64,000 nucleotides of DNA, taken from positions 1,116,001-1,180,000 of the forward strand of contig OZ037772.1 in the NCBI GenBank assembly GCA_964035545.1, written 5' to 3'. Positions 42,152-51,995 of this stretch are shown here, piece after piece. This DNA comes from Bugula neritina (Eukaryota > Animalia > Bryozoa). A model generated the notes under the pieces. That model had not been told where the DNA came from. It saw only the letters and a program-made list of their open reading frames with translations, and did no database searches. How positions within the stretch are numbered: the stretch's first letter is position 1; each line of letters starts with the position of its first letter. A program made the translations under genes and the position numbers.

Positions 42152-42903
42152 CTAGAGTCCTTGTTGAGCACGCCGGTGCTTGGCTTGGCATGTACGCAGT
42201 TTCCGTTTCATACGGCATACGGATCCCTTCAGCTGGAAGAGTCCTGTGGTAGTGTTGAGTAGATCTGGCGCCAGCTGGGTGAACTCTTCTTGTAATCGTA
42301 GGAGGCGTTCTTCTACTGTAGCTAGTCGTACTGGGTCTGGGGACGGTGTCCGTCTCTTCGCCGGGGTAGGGGAGATCTCTCCTTCTTCTGGATATGTAGT
42401 TTCCTCGGGGGTGTAGGTAATTGGAGGGCGGTCAGACACCAACGGGGATTGTTGGCGGGCGTTGTCTAACACACGTTGGAACCCCGAGGATAGAACGGCT
42501 AATAGCATGGCCTTCTTTACCAAAGGTCGTATATATGTGAGGAACTCCGGGTACAGCTTAGCGTCGACCACATAGTTTTCTCCAGGGAAACAGCCCGCCG
42601 CTCTGTGTCTGGTGACGGGGTAGGGATACACATCATTGTACCCGCAGGGGCAGAAGGTCAGTAGGAGATGAGCATTGACGTGTAGTTTAAGGGAGCGGTG
42701 AGAGGCGCAATCTTCACCGCAGATCTGGCATCTCGTCCGTCCTCTGGACCCCCAGGCTGTTTCTATTTCCTCTTCGGTTTGTGGAGACACCCACCGCCAA
42801 CGGCGGCGTAGTGGCTCAGGCCGGTCACCACTAGTATAGTCCTCCGGATACGGAGCGGGAAGTGTTCTATCCCGTACCCTGGTTGTAGCGGGTCGAGTGT
42901 AAT
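42152..42903 (-). CDS. Gypsy ORF3: C2H2 zinc finger plus leucine-zipper protein (second exon of a predicted spliced mRNA)
   Basis: Open from acceptor tttttcag| (42904) to TAG at 42152; C-x2-C-x12-H-x3-H (CQIC...HVNAH), C-x-C-x12-H-x4-C, PAKRR, heptad repeat; no ATG near the 5' end, no TM segment. Confidence 0.8.
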
Positions 42904-43216
42904 CTGAAAAAGTTTCAACAGTGTTAGTACATTACACTGCTGTGTTGTCAGCTTGAACAGCTTGGCAACTCCTAATTCAGTTACCTCGTAGAGATTAATG
43001 GTAGTGAATAGTCAGATAGAACCGTATTGCAATGAGATTATAAAAATCTCTAAGTCAAACTGAGTTCTTACTACGGTATTTCACTAACCTATCTCCAGCT
43101 CGATTGACTCAGTGAGTCAGAGCTGAGCGATGCAATCTAGTTTCGTATTAAGATATAGTTAACTCACCCCACGATCTGTTGTCGTAAGACATACTGAATA
43201 TGTGAAATGGTTTGAA

Positions 43217-46200
43217 CTACTGCTTAGAAACACGTCTACTCTTGACTGCATCAGCGTATGAAAAGATCGAGCAACGTGGTTGGGGTGCGTGACTAAGACT
43301 TTGTGCACCCGGCGGATGAATTTTGTTCCTACTTCCGCCGATACAAAAGTTGATATTTCCGTGGTGTTGACAACTCCCACATTTGCTCGATTCTTTTCTC
43401 GTACGGTTTTCCCCTAGACTTTCATGTGTGCCGCTTTTAACGCAGTCACATACGAAGTCCTTCAAGTATGCGGGGGGTTGCCTCGTACGCTGTCCCCTTT
43501 CTAGGGGGGGGTGACACGCTTGCCGGTTCGTTAGTAGGGGCCTCTAATGGCGTCTCTACTTCACCGTCAGCAGTCACCTCTTCTTGTTCTCCGGATGGAG
43601 CCCCTCCCTCCGTGGGGGTTTGCACTTCCGGAACCGGCTCGGTTTCTGGAAGTGATGGAATTAGACTTGGCGGTGGCGGACACGCTTCTGTTGCCAGAAG
43701 CTGCCGCTCCTCTCTCACCAAGTTTTCTTCCCGCGGTATGACCTCTTCGTATTCAGGTCCATGCCGCCGTCGCCCGCGCGTTGTTGTCTGCCTCCTGGGC
43801 TCTAACAACGGGGGGGCTTCTCCCATTCCGCCGGGGCTAGCCCAATACGGTTTCAAGCGAGACTCATTCTGGATAGACACCTGTCCTGAGCGCTCAATCT
43901 TGTACGTATGATTGGGCATAGCCTCGACGACCACGTAGGGGCCTACGAACTTAGGCTTCAGCTTATCAGCCTGTCCGCGGCGCCTACGGTAATTGACCAT
44001 CCACACCTTATCTCCTCTTTGATAGAGGGGTGGTTCATCGGAATCTTCATGCCGCACCTTCCACTGCTGTTGACGCAGTATCTCGTGTGCGGCCTTCATC
44101 CGTTCCACTAGTTCACTGGCATACTCGTGGACTGAGTTATCTTGCTCTGGAACGTGATAGGTGAGATGGTCAGGGACACGAGTCTCTCTCCCGAGCATCA
44201 AGAGGTTTGGGGTCTCACCAGTACTGGTGTGTGGGGTGCTACGGTATGCACGCATGACTTGCGGCAACACCGTATCCCATTCCTCTTGACCTCGTCCAAG
44301 GAGGAGACTCCGGAGCGCATCACCTAACATCCGGTTGTTGCGCTCCACCACCCCGTTACCTTGAGGGTGGTAGGGTGTGGTCCTGCTCTGATTTACTCCC
44401 CAGAGGTGGCAAAGGTCGCTCATCAGTTGAGACTGGAATTGAGCGCCTTGATCAGAGTGTATCTGTTCGGGAAGCCCAAAATAACAGAATACGTGTTGGT
44501 CTAGTGCCCTGGCCACTGTTGGGGCTGATGCATCTGGGATAGCCAGAGCATCCGCCCACCTAGTAAAGTGGTCGGTTAGTACTAGGATCCAATTATTGCC
44601 TCTGGGGGTCAGGGGCATGGGTCCGACCAGGTCTACAGCGACTACCTGCCAGGGCCTACCAGCATATAGCCTCCGCCGTCCTGCTTCACCAGGGGGGCGG
44701 CTATGCTTACTGGCCTGGCAGATCTCACACTGTTTGACTCTGAGCCGGACGTCACGCTCCATCTGCGGCCAATACCACCGGAGTCGTAATTTGGACATCA
44801 CTCGCTTGACCCCTGCGTGGGCCTGCTTGTGAGTATCCCAAATCAACTCACGGCGGATGGCTGTGGGGCAGACTACCCTCTTCCTTTCCGGGTGTCTGCC
44901 GCTGGCAGCTAGAGAGATGGTTAGCAACCCATCCTGCCCGATCCGCAGCGAGTCCCAACGCTGACAGTATAGCCGGAATTCGGCGCATCCCTGTCTTATG
45001 CGTTCCTCGCTGGGTCGTCGCCCTTCCCTTTTGGCCCGGTAGATGTCTGCCACGACTCCAGGCAGCTCTTCTTGGAGCTTCTTCAGCTCTCGAACATTAC
45101 CGGCCAGTACAGGGTTGGCGCGGAGGTTTTGTATATCCTCCGGGGACTCATCAACTCTTTGCCTGAGTTGACCTTGATCCCAGTCAAACGGTGCTCCGTG
45201 ATGAGCCAGCGTCTCCAACTCGCATCGAGGGGGACCTCCATCCCTCCTCTCGATGTTGAGACACTGTTTGCAACCTCCGTCAGGTCGGCGGCTCAACCCA
45301 TCCGCATTGCTGTGTCTCTTGCCCGGTCGGTGTTCGATCCGGTACGAGAATTCAGCTAGGATTTCGAGCCACCGGGCGACCTGACTAGAGGGCTCTGCTC
45401 TCCTGCACAACCAGATCAGCGAGGCATGATCCGTACGCAGCCGGAACTTCCTGCCATATAGGTATGGTCTGAAGTGCTTCACTGACTTGATTACTGCCAG
45501 CAGCTCCTTGCGGGTAGTGCAGTAATTTCGTTCAGCGGGAGAGAGAGACTTGCTGTAGTAGGCTACTACTACTTCTCGGCCTTCCTGCACTTGTGACAGC
45601 ACAGCGCCAACATTCTGGTCACTGGCGTTCGTGTCTAGGATGTACTCCAGAGTGGGGTCTGGGTAGGCCAAGATGGGCGCCGTTAGGAGGCAGCCCTTGA
45701 GGCGGTCGAACGCTTCTTGTTCGACTGGAGTCCACTGCCACGTCACTCCCTTTGCGGTAAGCCGGTTTAACGGCTGGGCTATGCCCGCAAAGTCTGGTAT
45801 GTATTGCCTGTAATACCCTACCAGCCCCAAGAAAGCCCGGAGTCCGGTCAAGTCTTGAGGGGTGACCCAGTCTTCTACTGCCCGTACCTTTTCGGGATCC
45901 GTTGCCACGCCGTTTCGACCGACAACGTGCCCCAGGTACTTGACCTCCGGCTGCAACAGAGCGCACTTGGAAGGTTTGAGCTTAAGACCGGCACCTCGGA
46001 GTCTCTCGAAAACCTCCTGCAGACGACTGACATGTGTCTCGAAGTCTGGAGAGATTACGATGACATCATCGAGGTAGACCAGCAGTGTCTTCCAATGGAG
46101 TCCGCTAAGGACTTGTTCCATCAGCCTCTGGAAGGTGGCTGGGGCGGAGGTTAACCCGAAAGGCAGCACCTTCCACTTCCACAAACCGTCCCGTGTGATA

Positions 46201-47786
46201 AACGCCGCTTTCTCTTGGGCGTCGGGACTCAGAGGAACCTGCCAATAGCCGCTTAGCAAGTCTAACGTACTGAAGTACTTGCTGCCGGCTAGGGCGTCCA
46301 ATGACTCGTCAATACGAGGTAGAGGGTAGGCGTCCTGTATGGTTACGCTATTGAGTTTGCGGTAGTCCACACAGAACCGCCAACTGCCGTCTTTCTTCCG
46401 GACCAGTACGACTGGCGAGCTCCACGCACTATGGGCGGGCTCTATCAGTCCCCGGTCCAGAAGATCCCGTACTTGCCGGCTAACCTCCTTCTCTTTCTCC
46501 GGCCCCAGCCTGCGTGTGGGCTGCCGGACAGGGACTGTCCCTGCAGTCAGCAGTATTTCGTGTCTGACAATTCCAGTCAGTCCCACGTCATGTTCTCCGC
46601 TGCTGAACACATGACCGTAGTCGCGTAGTAACTTGGCCATAGCTTGGCGCTCTCTGTTACTCGCGCAGCCACCACTGGCCGTCTCGTATAACTCCCGGAG
46701 ATGTGTTGGGACTGCCCCTCGTCCCTGAATAGGGTGTCGAGGGGGTGCCTCTGTCGCATCACCCAGCGATGGGCCTACGTCTCCCTCTTGAACAGAGTGA
46801 AAACGGCCCAGCATCGACCCAGCCGGGAGCTTGATAGGCTCGGTAAAGGGGTTGACGCACTGCACTAAGATCTCCCCTTGCTCAGTCAGCTGATTCAGAC
46901 TGCTGGCAAGTTGGATCTTTTCGTGCGCGCCTTCAACCACCCCGAGTCCAGAGATCCGGCTACTATTCACCCTGCAGTGAATGGTAGCCCGGGAGCGGCC
47001 TGGTATGGTACGGTTGCGTACCACTTGCACACCTCCCACTAAAGGGCAGCCGAACTTGTCGACGCAGGCGAGTTCCCGCCCGGACATCATCATTGCAGAT
47101 CTGCTAAAATCTATGTGACATCCGTGCCGTTTAAGGAACGGCATCCCGAGGATAGCATCCTCCTTGAGCTGACTGACGATGAACGTCTCTTGGATCGTTT
47201 GATCGCGGACTCGTCCCGTCAGCTCAATTATACCATAGAAGGGAAGGCACGACCCGTCAGCTAGGGTGCCGTATTCCCCTTCGTATGCTTCCATCTCGCC
47301 CCTGACCCTAGCACTGAGGGTGTCGAAGAGTTGGTGGCTTAAGAGGTTCGTGGTACAGCCCGAATCAATGAGAAAAGTAACAGCCTTGCCTTCCAGTTTA
47401 CCGGGCAAGAAATAGCTGTTCCCATGGGGCTGCCTCTGAACTCTCTCTTCAGGCCTGACTCTCGCAGGGAGTACCTCCCTCGCTTTGGGTCGCGAAGGAG
47501 GTCTCTTGGGGCGGTGATAGGTAGGCCTCGGGGGTGCCGAGGCTGGTTTCTCAGCTACCTTTGTGTGCTCCCATCCAGACTCTTGGACTTGTAGCCCTGT
47601 GAATCTGTTGTGAAGGGGCATAGAAAAGGCAGCCGCGGGGCGAAGCCCCTTGCTGGTCCGTCGCGGCTGTTGCCACTGTTGGTTGCCAGTACGCGGTGCC
47701 CGTCTGGGTGACCTGCGTTTCTTCTTCCCTAGAGGTTTCGTCGGCCCGCGGAAGGTGGGAACATCTGCGGGCCGCGGTAGTTTAAC
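43217..47786 (-). CDS. pol: Gypsy pol (protease, RT, RNase H, integrase), entered by -1 frameshift; extra base in a C8 run near the 3' end
   Basis: FLIDSG, FCVDYRKLN, PFGL, YLDD, TDH, HHCC zinc motif (THKQAHAG..CEIC), DLVGP/SDQG/ERNN, KLKPKFVGPY. Annotated ORF stops at 43446, but the RTRQPPAYLKDFV tail lies in the adjacent frame, which ends at 43217. Confidence 0.93.
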
Positions 47787-48688
47787 CCCTGATTTAGGAA
47801 GGGACAATATCGGCGGAAATGTCCTTGATTTCCGCACTCCCAGCAAAAACTGACTGTTTCTCCCTGTGGCGGCGCCAATGGCCGCATGGGCTCAGGGGCG
47901 GTACTCACTGGGTTTTGTGGGGTCAGTGTTGCTATCAGCTTGGCTAGCATGTCCGTCAGTTGAGTGACTTTTGATGCCGTCGCCAACTGGGACACGGCAG
48001 CCGCGGCGGGGGTTTCCTCCCCTTGTCCCGCGGCCGTGTCTGCGCGGTCTATCTCCACTTGGCGGGAGCTTCCGCGACTTTTATGCATTTGGTTAGCTAG
48101 GAGGTAAGCTTCCCCCTCAGTCAGAGCATCTTCAACGGTGGTGACTCCCCTAGCTAGAAACTGGTGGTGGAGACCCAGATCGTCGACAGATGCTATGAAA
48201 GCGTCGAGGGTGTACCTCTCGCGGTTGACTGGGGGCAAGTCGCTGTACGCGATCTGTGCCAGCTTCATGACCGCGGTGGCATGCTCCCGCAGCGGGGTGC
48301 GGGGATCACGCCGCAGCCTCTGTAATCGGGCCCTGGCATCTGTAGTCGAGAGGCCAAAGCGGGCCCGCAGAGAAGCAAAGATGTTATCAATGTCTACGCC
48401 CAGCCCATAGGGCTTGGCTTTGTCCATCAATGCCATTCTAAGCTTCAGCAGGGCCACCCTAGGGGGCCACTGAGCGACGTCCATTACGTCGCTAAACTCT
48501 TGGATGAATTGTTCCACCTCCTCTTCACCCGTGAAGGTGGGCGCCTTTAACCTGTAGCGGTCTTCAGCTAGTTCTCGCGGAACCCTTCGCTCTTCTACTA
48601 CATGGTTAACAGGCATTGTCTCTACAGCATTGTCTCTACGCTCACCTTCGATTGCCGGTGGTTGAGTTTCAGCATTTTCAGTCTCCAT
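47729..48688 (-). CDS. gag: Gypsy gag, 319 aa, with CCHC knuckle
   Basis: ATG 12 nt after the PBS; capsid-like PTFTGEEEVEQFIQEF; CWECGNQGHFRRYC. Confidence 0.93.
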   Translation of the reverse strand: METENAETQPPAIEGERRDNAVETMPVNHVVEERRVPRELAEDRYRLKAPTFTGEEEVEQFIQEFSDVMDVAQWPPRVALLKLRMALMDKAKPYGLGVDIDNIFASLRARFGLSTTDARARLQRLRRDPRTPLREHATAVMKLAQIAYSDLPPVNRERYTLDAFIASVDDLGLHHQFLARGVTTVEDALTEGEAYLLANQMHKSRGSSRQVEIDRADTAAGQGEETPAAAAVSQLATASKVTQLTDMLAKLIATLTPQNPVSTAPEPMRPLAPPQGETVSFCWECGNQGHFRRYCPFLNQGLNYRGPQMFPPSAGRRNL

Positions 48689-48700
48689 CTTGGATGCACT

Positions 48701-48718
48701 ATCCCACCGCTGCCACCA
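48701..48718 (-). promoter_or_regulatory. Primer-binding site complementary to the tRNA-Leu 3' end
   Basis: TGGTGGCAGCGGTGGGAT, 1 nt from the 5' LTR; complementary to ...AUCCCACCGCUGCCACCA of eukaryotic tRNA-Leu. Confidence 0.85.
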
Positions 48719-48719
48719 C

Positions 48720-49023
48720 TGTTATAATTTTCTGTTTTGGGTTGATATGCTATCCAGAGAGTCTATTTATCTAGTATAGAACTGCACCAGGCTAAGTCGA
48801 GTGAACGAGTATATTTTATACACAATTATACATTATAAAACACGATACATTATTTCTAACAAGTTACACATCTAATCTATTTCACACTCTAGCTTCGACT
48901 GAGTTAGCAGCGGGAAACTACAATTGCTGCTAACTATCAACTACGCTAATTGGCTATCCATTGTTCCGGGTCAATTACGCGACCCTACATGTTGTGCTGC
49001 TGGTAGTTCCACGAACCACCACA
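48720..49023 (-). repeat. 5' LTR of Gypsy copy 1
   Basis: tgtggtggttcg...ttataaca on the element strand. Confidence 0.97.
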
Positions 49024-50911
49024 CTATTACTATTAGTATTACTTACAACTTGCTTATGCAAGGGAATTAAATCTTTAAAGCGTAGCATCCTTTTCAAGCA
49101 AAATAAGGATAATAAGTTTCGTCAAATTGAGTTAAAAACTACAACTTTTAAGTCACAAGTATAAAGCAACTTATGCTCAGTCATCACTAATCCTAGTGAG
49201 TACGGCAAGCATATAGCATAATTTATTTCACAATGCGACAAGATTATCTAGACGGTGCGCTGACGCCTCTCATTGTACTTAAGCAATATCCAATTGTACG
49301 GTTTTTATGACTTTAAAATCCGTTTTTGAGAAGCAAGGCTAGATAAAAATTAATGATCGATATTGACTCGCTAAGAGTACTCATGTAAACCCGCAAACTA
49401 CAACTTTTAACTTGACCGCAAAGCTGGAAGTACGATAAGCGTGGCCGTATTGATTTCAGGCGAATTTTAGTTGATTTCTTTCAAACTGCTGAGAAGTAAT
49501 ATTTGCTTCCATTTTATGTCTGTATCAGCCATCAGGGCTATCGCGATACAATTATAAATGTTGTTAATTCAATCAATATTATGAAATAATTAATGTAGGA
49601 AATTCAATTTTGACTATATAGAATAATCTCAATCTAAATAAGTATTATTTATTTATTGTAACACTTGCACATCGTCTTACTCTGACTCTTAGTCAGATAA
49701 CATAGTACATACTGATACTCATACTGATACTCAATCCCATACTCAATCTCATACTGAGTCTGATACTCATAGTCATAGTGATAGTCTTTGCCAGATTATT
49801 GCTAGATAATTTAAGCTAGTACTAGTACTACTACTAGTAGTACTACTACTAGTACTAATAATCACAGTACTAAATACTACTAATAAGTAATAGTAGTAGT
49901 ATTAGAGTAATACTAATACTAATAGTAATACTACCACTAGTAGTAGCAGTAGTGCTAGTAGTAGTAGGCTACATGATGATGATCATTATGATTATGATTA
50001 TGAAGATGGTTATTACTATAACTATTACGGTATGAGTATAACTATAACTGTATTAGTATTTGATTTTATTTTGCATTGCTAATTGAAGACCATGCGTTAA
50101 AATTAACTGTTTCTCTCTTTTCTAAATTACATTTCAAGTTGCACACTAATAGACATATATGCTTTCAATTTTTTTGGTCTATCTTCAAGTTGTGAAACTT
50201 GACCAGTATGACTACGACTAACTGTAACTAGAATAAAATATTGAATAATAGAGAAGTTCCATATCGTTACCCCTCCTTTGACTTGTGCTACCGTCGGTAG
50301 TGCTAAAAGAGTGGAGTTAAAGAAAAGCATAATCACAGAATTCACAGCCTGCTGATTGGAGATTTTTGTGGTCTAGAGATTGTACTGGGTTACAGAGATC
50401 TTTTTCCGTCTGTGAATTTTTGATCCCTGCGGTTGTTTCTGACTGTGGGTAGTTGGAGGTGTTGAGGGAGTGGGCTCACTGGGTAGGTTATATTATTGTA
50501 ATCATATTAACCAACTTGACAGTTTACTAATTCATTGTCTAACTCTGTCTGTCTTAGTCTAGTAACACTATTTATTTACTTATTAATTTATTTATTCGAC
50601 TAAATCTTGTCTGTCTTTGTCTAGTAACACTATTTATTTATTTATTTACTTATTAATTTAATTAAATTACTAGTTTATATTACCAAGTTATATTACTAGT
50701 TTATGTACTAGTATATTACTAGTATATTACCTACTATAATTTATACTGCGAGTCCAAGTAGCTGCTGTAACTTATGCTGTGAGTCATGACTAACTGTTAT
50801 CACTTATACTGTGAGTCAATTATCAAAAGTAGAGATATGTTGTGTATGTGAGATATGTGAGGTTATTTAGTGACTAGTTCGCTATTTATAGAGTTTTGTT
50901 TCTATTAATAG

Positions 50912-51058
50912 ACTGTACTGAAGATGAACAATGTGGATCTGAGTTTACTGAATGCATATCCAACATATGCTATCAGCTTTATCCTCTCAACGATCCAGAT
51001 CTTTCTGATGCTGAGCAGGACAGACTCTTTGATGATCGGCTGGACCTATAGAATGATG
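50912..51058 (+). pseudogene. Cys-rich exon (CTEDEQC..ECISNIC), probably the N-terminal part of collagen copy 2; in-frame TAG
   Basis: Acceptor ctattaatag|, donor |gtaag, phase 1-1, 147 nt. Confidence 0.45.
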
Positions 51059-51995
51059 GTAAGTTACTCTGTTAGTACAGTTACTCTGTTAGTATAGTTA
51101 CTATGTTAGTATAGTTACTTTGTTAGTACAGTTACTCTGTTAGTATAGTTACTCTGTTAGTATAGTTACAGTAACAGTTTGCTAGTCATAATAACTTGCA
51201 CTGTTAGTTGCTGGACAAGTTATTCTACATCTCTTGTAGCCACAACCAAAGTGGTGTCTATATATTCTGCTAGTGACTTGAGTAATGACTCATATGTAAT
51301 TGTAATTAATTACATATCTAATGTAATTGATTTTTGCAATTACTTTACAATTACATCTCAATTACTTTAAACTTTTAAATCTTAAAATCTTAAGAAATTT
51401 ATTCTTTTTTAGCATGACTACTGTTAAATAACAAGTACAGATTAAGTCAATGTAGTATAGTATCACTTTTGCGAACAAAGCATGTTCACCCCTGTCAAAA
51501 TTGCCCCTGCTAGTTGGACCCTAGAGGTGAAATTGCATAACTTCCAATTGTCCTTTGTGAGAACAAAAGTAATTGTAATTGTAATTATTTGCATTGCCAT
51601 GTAATTGTAATTAATTGCTTTACAATGTAGTTTTGTACTGTAATTAATTACATTTATTTCAACTGTAATTATAATTATAATTGTAATTGACAAATTCTCA
51701 TGTAATTGTAATTAGTTACATTCACATGTAATTGACCCCAACAACCCTGGTTTATTATGGAGCTCATACTTTTATTGTTCAAGGTCTAGATGTATTCTCC
51801 ACCATGTTTTTACTAGAAGTAAACTTTAATTTGGTAATAAGTATAAAATAAACTGTTGTTTCGCATTGTACAGTTTACTATTGCCTGAATATTGTATTGA
51901 GAATATTGGCTTAACAATTCCAGTGCAGCGATGTGATTGGCCTGACAATATTAAAGTAGTGATGTGATTGGCTACTCTGTTCTGTTTTGCAGGGC

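Larger units (their letters stand above)
41567..49023 (-). mobile_element. Full-length Ty3/Gypsy LTR retrotransposon, copy 1 (7457 bp; gag, -1 pol, ORF3)
   Basis: 304-bp LTRs with TG...CA ends and one visible mismatch; 4-bp TSD ctat; PBS; PPT; domain order PR-RT-RH-IN. Confidence 0.97.

Noticed and set aside
42152-42790. ORF3 as an env gene, or as a GTG-initiated ORF
   Set aside because: No signal peptide, furin site/fusion peptide or TM anchor; the frame is open upstream to a strong splice acceptor, making a GTG start unnecessary
43468-48410. Short antisense and alternative-frame ORFs within gag/pol
   Set aside because: Expected shadows of GC-rich coding sequence; their conservation between copies only reflects near-identity
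48701-48718. tRNA gene
   Set aside because: Only the 18-nt 3'-end match including CCA; it is the PBS, with no cloverleaf
50340-50490. Possible promoter and signal-peptide exon of collagen copy 2
   Set aside because: A CCAAT-like motif and donor-like site are present, but there is no ATG-led open frame; too degenerate to call
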